From the NCBI RefSeq assembly GCF_020745735.1, contig NW_026867531.1, forward strand, positions 1-64,000: a stretch of DNA of 64,000 bases. The letters run 5' to 3'. This stretch comes from Hemiscyllium ocellatum. Its lineage: Eukaryota. How positions within the stretch are numbered: the stretch's first letter is position 1; each line of letters opens with the position of its first letter. Positions 1-13,150 of this stretch are shown piece by piece. Below the pieces are notes generated by a model. It saw only the letters and a program-made list of their open reading frames with translations, was not told the origin of the DNA and did no database searches. The translations under genes and the position numbers were made by a program.

Positions 1-1045
1 CCGTCTGACGTGGTTGACAATGCTCTCCCCTGCATATTCCTCAACTTCCTGCTCCTCCCGCCATTGAAGCCCGCCGCTCCAATCGCCACCAGGACAGAAC
101 CCCACTGGTCCTCACCTACCACCCCACCAACCTCCAAATGCATCATATCATCCTTCGGCATTTCCATCACATCCAAAACAGACCCCACACCAAGGATATA
201 TTTCCCTCCCCACCCCTATCAGCGTTCTGGAAAGACCGCACCCTCGGCGACTCCCTCGTCAGGTCCACACTCCCCATGACCCTACCTCCACTCCGGCACC
301 TTCTCCTGCAACCGCAAGAAATGCAAAACTTGCGCCCACACCTCCCACCTTACTTCCCTCCAAGGCCCCAAGGGATCCTTCCATATCCACCACAAATTCA
401 CCGCACTCCACACATATCACTTACTGCATCCGCTGCACCCAATGTGGCCTCCTCTACATTGGGGAGACAGGCCGCCTACTTGCGAAACATTTCAGAGAAC
501 TCCTCTGGGACACCCGGACCAACCAACCCAATCATCCCGTGGCTCAACACTTTAATCCCCTCCCACTCCGCCAAGGTCATGCAGATCCTTGACCTCCTTC
601 ATCGCCAGACCATAGCAATATGACGCCTGGAGGAAGAGTGGCTCATCTTCCATGTAGGAACCCTCCAACCAGGAGTGATGAATGCAGATTTCTCCAGCTT
701 TCTCATTTCCCTCCCCCCACAGTATTTCAGTCCGAACCTCGGAATCAACACCGCCTTCTTGACCTGCAATCTTCTTCCCGACCTCTCCACCCCCACCCCC
801 TCTATGACCTATCACCCTCACCTTAAACTCCTTCCACCTATTGCATTCCCAACGCCCCTCCCCAAGTCCCTCCTCCATTCCTTTTATCTGAGCCTGCTTG
901 GCAAACCCGCCTCATTCCTGAGGAAGGGCTTATGCCCTAAACATCGATTCTCCTGCTCCCTGGATGCTGCCTGATCTGCTGCGCTTTTCCAGCAATACAT
1001 ATTTAGGCTCTGATCTACAGCAGCTGCACTCCTCACTTTCTCGTA
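1..1045 (+). mobile_element. Penelope-like element 3' part (GIY-YIG endonuclease) with pLTR and degenerate hammerhead
   Basis: Frameshifted translation gives PLVLTYHP, CNRKKCKTC, YCIRC…YIGETGR and GTLQPG. At 918-945: CTGAGGA-A-GGGC-TTAT-GCCC-TAAAC (G12 mutated). Confidence 0.88.
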
Positions 1046-1189
1046 ATATTTGATCAAAACAAAGTAAAAAAAATCGAAAATTTAAATTCAATATTCGGAA
1101 ATGATCGCATTGCGAAATTCGGAAGAGTCCCTTTGCTCCATCGAATTTGTAACTGCAACATTACAGGATAAACTATTCGAGTCCCACTC

Positions 1190-2745
1190 CCAAGCACTTC
1201 GTCCATAGTCTTGAATGTTATGATTTTTCAAGTGCTCATTCAAGTCCTTTTAAAAGGTTTGGAGCATTTCCACCTCAACTAGCCTCCCCGTAAGTGTAGA
1301 GCAGATCCCGTCCTCTGCGTGTCATGTCTCTTCCAAACCTCCTGGCCTCCTGATTAAATATTTGCATCATTGTTATTGGCCCTTTGACTAAGGGGGACAA
1401 CTGTTTTCTATTTATCCTGTCTACGCCGCTCATAGTCTCAGACACATCGATCTGGGCAATAAAGAAAGCAGCCTGAGCTTATTCAACCTCCCCTCTCACA
1501 GTTAAATTAGTCCAGCCCAAACAACATCGTGGTGCATCTCCTTCGCTCTCTGCCCAGGGCAATCACATTCCTCCTATTGATGCAGTGAGCAGAACTGAAC
1601 ACAATACTCCCACCGTGGCCTAAACAAGGGTCGAAGCAGCTCGAATAGGACCTCCCTGCTCTTACAATCTGAATCTCAACACATATCCTGGAGGCCTTAA
1701 CTACCTTATCAACCTTTCCTGATGCCTTCAGAGATCTGTTAACAAACACTTCAGGAGCTTTTGGCTGCTTTGAACTTTCGCATGTCTGACCATTCATTGT
1801 GAACTGCCTTTTCTTACAACTTCTGCCAAAGTCATTACCTCACCTGATCAAGGTTAAACTCCATCCATCACTGATCTGTCCATCTGACCAATCTGTCTAT
1901 TTCCATCTGCAAACTAAGAATAGTTTCCTCACTGCCAGCTACTCGGTCAATATATTCATCATCCACAGATTTAATCATCAATCCCAACCACCCCTCAGTG
2001 CGCAAGCACACACAGACACACGCACACGCAGACACATACACGCAGACACATACACACACACAGATACATGCCGCACTCAGACACACACGCACATGCTCAC
2101 ACACAGACACACACACATGCGTGTGTACACACACAAGCTAACAGGTACACTCTTCATTATCATTTCTGAGTCAAAGTCAGGGACCCAACACTGTTTACCA
2201 GCCTTCTATTGCAGAAACAGCCTTCTATCAGCTTTGCCGTGCCACCCACAACTGAGCCAGTTTTGCTGACAATTTGCAAAGTTACTCTGAATGCCATGTG
2301 TGTTTACCTTAGTTATCAATCTCCCTCGTGGATCCTTGCCAACAGCTTCGCTGGAGTCTATGTAATCTTCATCAATTGCCCTACCCTCATCTACAGATCT
2401 GGTTGCCCCTTCATAAAGCTCCACCAGATTTGTGAGGCATGACCCGGCCACCGACAAAGCCGTGCTGACTATCAATGATCAAAACTTGCCTCTATAAATG
2501 ATGATTAGTCCTCTTCTTTAGAATTATCTCCAATAGTTTCCCTAACACTGATGTGAGACTCATTGATCTGTCATTCCTTGTCTATCTCTACCATTCTCCT
2601 TGGGAAATGGAAACTCATCAGCCGTTCTCCAGTTCTCTGGCACCTGCCTTGTGGCCCGAGAGGAATAAAAGGCTTGAGTCAGGGTCCCTGAAATGTCTTT
2701 CCCCATCTCCTTGGTTATAACCTGCCTGGACCGAGGGATTTGTCC
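1190..2745 (-). mobile_element. Degenerate CR1/HER1 LINE RT fragments, split by a CA microsatellite
   Basis: Translated motifs DEGRAIDEDYIDSSEAVGKDPRGRL and LQMEIDRLVRW, typical of CR1 RT. Confidence 0.75.
2007..2135. repeat. Imperfect (CA)n microsatellite
   Basis: Run of cacacagacacacgcacac repeats. Confidence 0.9.
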
Positions 2746-3015
2746 ACTTTTAAGCTCACCAATTGTATAATACTTGCTCGCATCAGATATAAATCTGCTC
2801 AAGACAGATTAAGAGTCAGCTTATTTTTTTTTGTTTTCTTGCAGTTTACCTTCCCAGTGCTGTTCCCATCCATACTGAGGTGGGGAAAAATGGGTTACCT
2901 GATGTCTTGGATTTTGAATTCCACTTTTTTTTCTGACAAACACCTTCCAAAGTCTTCGAGACCAGCTAATATAAGAATTTTTTCATAAACTCGAAAGAAT
3001 GTCTTAGTTATTTCT

Positions 3016-3066
3016 GACACACACACACACACACCACACACACACACACACACAAATCTCACACAC
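3016..3066. repeat. (CA)n microsatellite
   Basis: acacacacacacacac run. Confidence 0.9.
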
Positions 3067-3239
3067 ATGTAGATTATTGTTCCACCTTCCTACTTAACAC
3101 CATCCTTTGTGAAAACAATTCACACTGTTTATCGACAGGTCCTTCAAACTTTCCACTGAGCAAATGCACTAATTCATCTCAATCAGACACAGACTGGATG
3201 GTCTCACAATTATTCCCAATGAATTCAAGTGAATATAAC

Positions 3240-4350
3240 TGACAGCCCCCACTTCAGAAATGGATCAAAGTTAGAAGACAGAAGGTGGTACTGGAGGGTT
3301 ATGTTTCAGACTGGAGGCCTGTGACTAGTGGCATACCACAAGGATCGGTGCTGTGTCCTTAATTTTGTTTTCCTTGTTTATGCTAATGATTTGTATGTGA
3401 ACATAGGAGGTATAGTTAGTAAGTTTGCAGATGATAACAAAATTTGAGTTACAGTGTACAACGGAGAAGGTTACCTCAGATTACAGCAGGATCTTGATCA
3501 GATGAGCCAATTGGCTGAGAAGTGGCAGATGGAGTTTTATTCAGATCAGTGAGAGGTATTGCATTTCGGGAAAGCAAATATTTGCAGGAATTAAAAACTT
3601 AATGGTCAGGTCCCACGGGAGTGTTACTGAACAGAGACCTTGGAGTGCAAGTTCATAGCTCCTTGAAAGTGGAGTCTCAGGTAGGACAGTGAAGAAGACA
3701 TTTTGTATGCTTTCCTTTATCAGTCACAGCATTGAGGACAGAAGTTGGGAGGTCATATTGCAGCTGCACAGGGCATTGGTTAGGCCACTGTTGGAACGTT
3801 GCGTGCAATTATGGTCTCCTTCCGATCAGAAAGGTGTTGTGAAACCTGAAAGTGTTCAGAAAAGATTTACAAGAATGTTGGCAGGGTTGGGGGATTTGAG
3901 CTATCGGGAGAGGCTGAACAGGCTGGGACTGTGTTCCCTGGAGTGTCCGAGGCTGAGGGTGACCTTTTAGAGGTTTACAACATTATTAAGGATATGGATA
4001 GGATAAATAGACAAAGTCTTTCTTTTCCCTGGTGTGGACAAGTCCAGAACTAGACGGCATAGGTTTAGGGTGAGAAGGGGAAGATATAAAAGAGAGCTAA
4101 GGGGCAGCTTTTTCACGCAGACGGTGGTATGTGTATGGAATGAGCTGCCGGAGGAAGTTGTGGAGGCTAGTTTAATTGCAATATTTAAAAGGCATTTGGA
4201 TCTATATATGAATAGGAAAGGTGTGGTGGGATCTGGGCCGGGTGCTGGCAGGTGGGACTAGAGTGGATTGGGATATCTGGTTGGCATGGATTGGTTGGAC
4301 AGAAGGCTCTGTTTCCCTGCTGTGCATCCCTGTGACTCTGTGACTCGAAA
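3240..4350 (+). mobile_element. CR1/HER1 LINE 3' end
   Basis: GIPQGSVL, KFADDNK and LHRALVRPLLERCVQLWSP motifs, with a 3' UTR ending in a (gactctgt)-type tail. Confidence 0.88.
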
Positions 4351-4589
4351 CCAAATTGAGACAAATTAACATTAAATTATAAACAACAAAATTGAAACAA
4401 TTATTTTTAATGAGAGCGGAATGATCAAGTTGGGTTCTAAATTAACCAGGAAGAATGCCATTGAATTGAGTCATATTTAGATTCTTGCGATTTATTGTCA
4501 TAGATCTGGATCTAATCCTATTGTTGCAGATGCTAGAACTTAAATTTCATAAATATATGAAATTACAACGCGAATGTTAACAATGAAAC

Positions 4590-4700
4590 AATGGTCAATT
4601 GTCGAAAAATCCCATCTGGGTCACTAATGTCCTTTTGTGATAGAAACATGCTGTCCTTACCTGGTTTGGTCTGAAAGGGACTCCAGTCCCATAGAAAGTG
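4590..4700 (+). mobile_element. Old SINE remnant (Deu/SacSINE-like domain)
   Basis: cccatctgggtcactaatgtcctt…ccttacctggtttggtct…gactccag resembles, from memory, the shark Deu-domain SINE. Not database-checked. Confidence 0.45.
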
Positions 4701-5854
4701 GTGTGGTTGGTGGAGCTCATTTAAGCTGCAGGAGTTCCTCAAAACTGTGTCCTCCGCCTAACTATCCTTAGTAATTATATAACAGTCACACTTTCAATAA
4801 AAATATCATAAGTCAGTGTCAGTTAGCACAGTTGGCTGGAAAGCTGATATGACATGTCGAGAGATGAGGTGATCCTGAGTCTAAACTCCTCATCAATTCT
4901 CTCTCACTGTGACAGCACAGCCCTGTGGAACTATGGCGATTCCTTCATGGCGTCTCTCTGTTAGAATCCTGGAAATATTCTTCAGAACATACTTCAATTG
5001 ATGCTCAATGTTGAATGAGATTCCAAAGTAATACCAGCAATAAAATAAATTCAATGACACCAGAAATGGGAGCAGTTTGGATTATATAGCCCACATCATT
5101 CCACATCTAGATGTGAAAAATTGTCTGATCTGAACAGGGAAAGGAAAACAGCGTTCCTCTTGTGCCATGAGAATGTATTTATGAGCATTATATAAAACAG
5201 GTTCACCCACTGTAATTTTAGACTTTCTCGACATTTGAAAGTTCTTTTACATTCAATAACTTGCTGAATGCAGTGATAAATTATGTGGCAATTTTGAATT
5301 CAGTGACACTTGCAGCACAGTGTTGCTTCTTTAAAAATAACAAAGACTAAAAATTACAGTCATTCTGAACACAATGTCCCAACATCTGCTCCATGCAACT
5401 GAAACTCACTGATGGCAGCTCATATTCAGAACATTACTGGACTTGGTGAAATAACTCCACACAGGCTGGTTCCCCGTCACCAAGTCACTCTTTGTTTACA
5501 CGGGGAAACACCTTGACAATTCTTCAATTCACTCAAAGCCAGCTCTCAGAGTGCGTGGATGTCTGGCATTCTTTCTTTTCATCCGGGGTTATTAAACTGG
5601 TCCAATCAGCGAATTCATATCCTCTCCAGTCCACCTGGCTGACATTATTGTACTTGCTAGACTTGGGTGCTCAGGACATAACTTCCAATTTTGCAGATGC
5701 CACACAATTTGACAATGCAGCGAACAGAGGAGAGAATCGTAGCAAACTTTAAGAGGACTCAGAAAGAAACTGGTTACAGGCAGACTGAGGATGAAAGTGT
5801 TCCACAATGTTTCTGTTATTTTCTCAGTAAAACAGTCAGAACAAGACATCTCTG

Positions 5855-5925
5855 AGAGAGATAGAGAAAGAGAGAGAGTGAGAGAATGTGAGAGACAGCA
5901 TGAGTGAGAGAGAGGTAGAGAGGCA
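5855..5925. repeat. Imperfect (GA)n microsatellite
   Basis: gagagagatagagaaagagagagagtg run. Confidence 0.85.
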
Positions 5926-6859
5926 CTACAATGCATAGACTGTATCGTTTATCCCTCAGTGTACTCTCTACGTGGTTCTGAGCATGGAAAAGAGATGTGT
6001 TCACAATGATGCATGTTGAAGCAAAACGTCATTGGGAATAAACAGGAGCTACCCTTGTCCTACCATCACCGTGGGTTCAATTCCCAGCTCCGGTTTCAGG
6101 TTACCATGAAGGACTCTCCTTCTCAAATCTCTCTTCCCTCACCTGAGGTCTGGTTGTCCTCTGGTTAAATCAGCACCAGTCACTTCTCTCTCATGCATGC
6201 TAAGTCCATGGCAACGCAACAACAACACTGGCCCATGTTTGTCCTGATGCAGTAAACCTTTATTGGGGCAGAAATTTAATGTTAAATATTCCCCGGGAAA
6301 CACTTTCCCAATTCTATTCCACAATGTTGTTCTTAGCCAAGCTGTTCTAGGAGACCTACAGCACTGGGGATAATCTGACAATGGGATAAATTTCCCCAGT
6401 GTTCCCTCATGTATCAATAGCATGAAAATATTCTCTTATATTCTACTCTCTGTGATTCCCAAAGTGATGGAAAGGATCACTATTAAACAACACTTGCAAG
6501 GTAATGACATTCTCAAAGGCAGTCAATATAGTTTCAGCCAGGGCCAGCTCCTCATGTCATTAAAACTTTGGTGCAGACATGTAAAAAAACAGAGAGGAAC
6601 TCCAGAGGTGAAATGAGACTGACTACTCTTGGCTCAAAGGTTGCATTTGACTGAGTAGAGCATCAGTGATCCCTACCTTCCCTCAGGACAGTGTATTTGG
6701 TCCAACCACCTTCAGCTACTTCACGAATCACCTTTGTTCCATCATAAGGCTGGAGTAGGATGCTCACTAATGATTGCAAAATGTACAGCACCATTTGAAT
6801 CTCCTCAATCCTGAAGCACTCCATGTCCAAATGATGTAAGACGTGGACAATATCCAGGA

Positions 6860-8090
6860 AAATGGTATGTAATGTTCGCACCTCATGAGTACCAGTCACT
6901 GGCCAACCTAGAAACAATGGAGGAGACAAAAAGATTCTTTCCACACCAGCCTCGAACTATCTCTATCCCGAAGAAGGAAGTAATTCTCAGGCAGTGCCTT
7001 ACAGCCAACATGATGATGACCAAGATACCTGAGTCACAGAGTGTCCACAGCATCGTGTCCACCCTAAACCCACTCCAGTAAGCAGATGTGTGGAGACCCT
7101 TGGCCTCTCGACCAGGAAACCCCAGGACTGGCTCAGCAAGAATATGCAGGAGATCCAGTATCTCCAAGAACAGAAATGTGAGGTATTTCTAAACTGGCAT
7201 CTCCGTCATAACTCCAGCTAAAGGAAATAAGCAGAGACACATCTGAAGGTCGAGGTGTATCAAGGAAGCTGTGAACGAACAAGTAGATGGTGGGTGGAGA
7301 GAGGCTGCAGGAGAGTCAGTGACTCACGAACAGAAAAATGAGTGCGGCTTCCTCAGTGCAATCAAAGCTATCTACGGCCCAAGTACCGTGACCCCACAGA
7401 GAGCCCAACTCTAAGAGTCTCTCATTAAAGACCGAGAGGCAGTCAGTACTCATGGAGTGAGAGCACTTCGACGGGTTCCTACACCAGTTCACAGCTTTCA
7501 GCACAAGTGTTCTTGACACCGTCCCAAAACACACTACCCACTGCTATCTCAGCAAACCTCCAATCCACCCTGTGGGCAAGAACACCTCCGAAAGCAGAAC
7601 AAGAGCAAGTATACCGGCACAGATGGAATTCCCAGTGAAGGTTTAAAATATGGTGGAGAGTCATTCTTGACATGAATCCAACTCACCATCCTTTTCTGAA
7701 ATGAAGGAACCATGCTGGGAGATGTCAGACTCAACTTTATTGTGTTGAACTTCAAGACAGAAGACAGGTCCGACATACAGAGAGATTTGCTAATGTCCAT
7801 CATGGGAAAGTTCATCATGAGAATAATCCCTCAGTCCTTCCTCACATTTACTGAAGAGTTCCTCCCAAGTCTCAATGCAGCTTCCGCCTATCAAGCGGCT
7901 GAATGATCAGGATTGTCACTGTGTGACAAATCCAAGCAGAGTACAGGGAACAGATGTACATAGCCTTCTTCAATCGTCGAGATTTTGATTCTGTGGAACG
8001 TGAGAAATTATGGGAAACCTTCTTCAAATGTGGAAGCCCACAGAATTCTGTCACTATTCTCCGCCTGCTTTACAATGACTTCCCACCTGT
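6860..8090 (+). mobile_element. Degenerate RTE-clade LINE (EN linker and RT)
   Basis: Fragments read GFLSAIKAIYGP, GTDGIPSE..KYGG, LPKSQCSFR, and DFDSVEREKLW…KCGSPQNSVTILRLL, matching RTE RT motifs. Confidence 0.75.
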
Positions 8091-8599
8091 GGACTTCACC
8101 AACATATCCAGCGCATGCATGAGCAGGATTTGACAGACACAACAAAGGAATTCTACAACCAGCATATTAGATCTGCCGTCCTCTCACATCATGAATGATG
8201 GTAAACAATTAAACAACTTATTGCAGGAGGAGGAGGCTTCACATACATCTGCAATAATCAACAATGGGAAAACCCAGTAAATAAATGCAAGGATGAGGCT
8301 AAACCTACTCTTCAGACAGAAATGCTGATGGTTAATCCATCTTGACCTCCTCTAGTGGGTAATGGCTGAGACCTTTCCAAAATCCAAGCAATGGGATAGA
8401 TAACATGTGCTCCAACACATGCTGTACCCCTGGGGAAGCAGTTCCTGCTGAGTGACAGCACTGACATCTACCTGAGAGAGAGGAAATGTGCCCAGGTATG
8501 TGCAGTGCATAAATAACAGGGCAAAGCCAACCAGGGAAATTCCCACCCCATCAATATGATATCGATCATAAAAATGTGAATAAAAGCTTCATCAACAGT

Positions 8600-9700
8600 G
8601 ATATAAAGCCGCACTTGCAAACCTTCCCAGTGAGACCACTGATCTCACTCCAGCCTTAATCCAAACATGGACAGAAAGTGCCGAATTCCAGAGGTGGGGT
8701 GGGTCTGACTGTATTTAACATCAGGGCTGTGTTTGGCTTGGTGTGGGTCCAAGGAACCGGAGCAAAACTGAAGGCAATGGAAATCTGGGGAAACTCTCCC
8801 ACTGGATGGAGTCATTTCTGGCAGAAAAGAAGAAAGTTGTGGTTCTTTGAGAACAGTCATTGCAAGTGCAGGTAATCTCTACAGGAGTTTTTCAAAGGAA
8901 TTTCTTAGGCCTGACAACCTTCAGTAATTACATCAATGGACTTCCCTCCCTCATACGGCTAGTCATGTGGTCATTACTGAATGATTACAGTGTGTTCAGC
9001 AGAATTTGCGACCACTCAGAGACTGAAGCACTCCTTATCCAAATGCAGTGAAACTTGAAAAAATCTAGGCTTGGAGTTAAAAGTGGAAAATACAATACAC
9101 GACACATAACTAACTGACATTAATCAACTCAAACAACAGAGAATCAAACAATCACCGTTTGATATTCAATGGGGTTACCGTTGCTGATTCCTCAAATACC
9201 ACCATCATAAGATGACCATTGACCAGAAACTGAACTGAACTAAACATTTAAATATAGCGGTGACAAGGCAGGGCAGAAGCTAGGAATACTGTAGGGAATA
9301 CCTCACTTCCTGATTTCCATCTCTCCACCATCTGCAATATCCATGTCAGGAGAGTGGTGGAACACACCCCGTTTGCCGAGATGAGTGAGGGTGCAATAAC
9401 TTTCAAGAAGCTTGACACTATCTGGGATAACACAACTCACTTTATGGCCATGACAACCATCTTATTTCCACCACTGACTTTCAGTCACAGCAATATGTAC
9501 CAACTACAAGATGCACTGCAGAAATTCACCAACGTTCCTCAATTGAATGCTTCCAAACCCACAATTATCTCGAAGGACATGAGTTGCACATTCCTGGGAT
9601 CATCATGTACAACAAATTCCCTTCCAAGTCAATCATCACCATTTTGTAAATACCTCTGCTTCACAGCCCTTCATTAGAGACAACAAGTCGACATCTCCAC
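8600..9700 (+). mobile_element. Highly degenerate LINE RT remnant (CR1/L2 superfamily, distinct from HER1)
   Basis: TIDQKLN and KKLDTIWD motifs. Related sequence is at 13430-14250. Confidence 0.5.
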
Positions 9701-10574
9701 CTCCTGGTAGCCCAGACCAGAAGAATGTTTACACCCAAATCGTTGACATCTCCAACTCATGATGCTGCCTGCTTGCCGTGTTCTTCCAACCTCCTGCCTG
9801 TGTACTTCACAGCCATTCATCACGGTATTGCAAGTACAGCACACAGGCGACTACAGTTCTGGAAAGCAGCTCAACAACACATTGGATAACCAGACTCATC
9901 ATTTATGTTTGCATTAGATTTCAGACTGAAAATTGTACTAAACAAATGGGTGAATTTGTTTATCGGACCATCAAGTGGTTGTTATGAAAGGATTTATGAT
10001 CTTCAATAATGACATGTTGTGGTTCACGTTCAATACAATATTGAAAACATCTTCATAAAATTTCAAGTTTGAATCACACACAATAATGTTAGTTGCACAA
10101 TCCTGTTTGGACACTGAGATTGTGGAGCTGACATGCACTGGATGTTGTTGAGGAGGGAATCAATGCAAGATGGCATGTAATCAATCGCTTATCTAACACC
10201 TTCAATAACGATCTGTTCCAATGAAGAGTATTATGAAGGTTATGTGGCACACTAGATGTCATCAACATGGACGAAGTTACGAGATGTGGTCATTGACAGC
10301 TCATTTGTATAAATAGTGAAAATTGCTCTGATCTTTGGGCTAGTCCATTAGCCAATCTGCTCCATGCACTTTCCCCTTGTTCAAGGGCGAGGCTGAATTG
10401 TCTGTTGTGAGAGAATGTTTGAATAACTGCCCAGATACTGTTTGGGAGCTGTATGGAGATATTTAGGAGCTGGTCACTCTTTATGTGCCAGTGTGCTCCA
10501 GCAAGACGATATTAGATTAGATTACTTACAGTGTGGAAACTGTAAGTCCACACTGTAAGTCTAATCTAATCTGT

Positions 10575-12170
10575 AAGTGCCTCAGCCTTTCCTCATACGA
10601 TCTACCTACCTGGCAACATCCTGGTAAACCTCCGCTGCACCCATTCCAGTGCCTCCACATCTTTCCCATAGTATGGCGACCAAAACTGCACATAATACTC
10701 CAGATGCGGCCGCACCAGATTCTTATACAGCTGCAACATGACCTCAGGACTCGGGAACTCAATTCCTCTACCAAGAAAAGCCAGTACACCATATGCCTTC
10801 TTCACAGCACAATTTACCTGAGTGGCAATCTTCAGAGATCTGTGTACATGGACACCAAGATCCCTCTGCTCATCCACACTAATAAGTATCCGACCATTAG
10901 CTCAGTACTCCATCTTCTTGTTACTCTTACCAAAGTGAATCACTTCACACTTACCTACATTGAACTCCATTTGCCACCTTTCTGCCCAGCTCTGCAGCTT
11001 ATCTATATCCCGCTGTAACCTGCCACATCCTTCCTCACTGTCAACAACTCCACCGACTTTCGTATCATCCGCAAACTTGCTCACCCAACCTTCTAGCCCC
11101 TCCTCCAGGTCATTTATAAAAATGACAAACAGCACTAGTAACTGATCTCCAAGATGAACCTTTACAATCAACTACGACCCTCTGTCTTCTTCCAGCCAGC
11201 CAATTCCTAATCCAAACCTCTAAAGCACCCTCAATGCCATACCTCCATATTTTTTGCAGTAGCCTACCATGGGGAACCTTATCAAACGACTTACTAAAAT
11301 CCATATACACCACATCTACCACTTTACCCTCGTCCTTAGTCACCTTCTCAAAGAATTTAATAAGGTTTGTGAGGCACGGCCTGCCCTTCACAAAACCATG
11401 CTGACTATCCTTGATCACATTATTCCTATCCAGATGTTCATAAAACCTATCCCTTACAATTCTCTCTCAGACTTTGCCCACAACAGAAGTGAGACTCACC
11501 GGCCTATAGTTACTAGGGTTATCCCTACTCCCCTTCTTGAACAAGGGAACCATATTTGCTATCCTCCAGTCATCTGGCACTATTCCTGTAGACAACAAGG
11601 ACAGAAAAATCACGGCCAATGGCTCTGCAATCTCATCTCTTGCTTCCCAGAGAATCCTAGGATAAATGCCATCAGGCCCAAGGGACTTATCTATTTTTAC
11701 CCTTTCCAGAATTTCCAGCACCTCTTCCCTACATACCTCAAAGCCATCCATTCTAATTAATTGTGACTCAATATTCACATCATCAACAATGTCCTGTTCC
11801 TGAGTGAATACTGACGAAAAGTATTCATTCAGTGTCTCCCCAATCTCTTCAGCCTCCACGCACGGCTTCCCACTACTATCCTTGACTGGACCAATTCCAA
11901 CTCTCGTCATTCTTTTATTCCTGACATACCTATAGAAAGCCTTTGAGTTTTCCCTAATCCTACCAACCAATGATTTCTCATGTCCCCTCCTTGATGCTCT
12001 CAGCTCTCTCTTTCGATCCCTCCTGGCTGCCTTATAACTCTCAATCGCCCCAATTGAACCTCCACGCCTCACCTTTACATAGGCCGCCCTCTTCCCTTTA
12101 ACAAGGGATTCCAATTCCTTATGAAACCACGGCTCCCTCACACGACACTTTCCTCCCTGCCTGACAGGTA
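10575..12170 (-). mobile_element. CR1/HER1 LINE ORF2 (RT) fragment
   Basis: ORFs 11467-12216, 11110-11418 and 10902-11171 give PDGIYPRIL, NYRPVSLTSVVGK, SQHGFVKGR, YMDFSKSFDKVPH and SKFADDTK. Confidence 0.95.
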
Positions 12171-12679
12171 AATTCTGGCCTTTTCCATCGTATTTTTGAT
12201 GTATATGGCAGTGCAAAGATTATGTGCTTGCTCATCTGAACATGAATCAGCTGTTTATTGCGGTTATTGAACTGAGCAATAATCAGCCAGTGACTACAGT
12301 TACTACATTGGGCGACAATTAGCTGTGCATTCTGATCAATTTCCACATCCCTCGAACCTCCCTGTTTGAACACAACATTGAAGTTGAAAACGACAGAGAA
12401 TGGACTCTGTGTGAGAGGCTTCAGTGTCCATCACCAAGACAGATTCAGCAGCACGACCTGCTGACTCAACTGGGACGGTACAAAAGGCTTTCGCACCAAT
12501 CCGCCTGCACCGCATTCTTTCAAAGCTGCATCATGTGGCGTGGCACTGTGTCTGTGTGAAATGAGCCAGACATCAAACAGATCGACCAACTTATGACGAA
12601 CTGTCCATGAGGTTCAGTGGGCCATCTGCAGCATCATAATTATTGCATCGACAATCATAGACAATTTGCCCGTCATATC

Positions 12680-13150
12680 TGACTGGAGGGTTTGACATAG
12701 AGGGAGAGATTGAATCGCCTGGGGCCTTTTTTACGCTGGGGCATCAAAGGCTAAGCGATAAATTTTTAGAGGCTCATAAAATCATGAGGAGCGTGGATAG
12801 TGTAAATAGCCAAGGTCTTCCACAGGGTAACAGTGCCCGACACTAGAGAGCAAGGGTTTAAAGTGAGAGGGGAAGATTTCGAAGTGACTTGAGAGGTAAT
12901 TCCTTCATGCAGAGGGCAATGCATGTGTGGAGCAATGGCATTAGGATGGATACATAAAGAGGAAGGGTTTGAAGGGATATTGGTCAGGAGCAGGCGGGTG
13001 GAACCAGTTTAGTTTGGGATTAATTTGGTTTGGACTGGATGTATCGAAGGATCTGCTTCCATGCTGCATGACCCTATGGCTCTATGGTGTAAGCTGATAC
13101 AATTACAACATTGAAAACGCGTCTGGGTGAGTATATGAATAGGAAGCCTT
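12680..13150 (+). mobile_element. CR1 3'-end remnants
   Basis: ERLNRLG…GHRFKVRG-type C-terminus and 3' UTR with a ctctatg tail. Confidence 0.7.
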
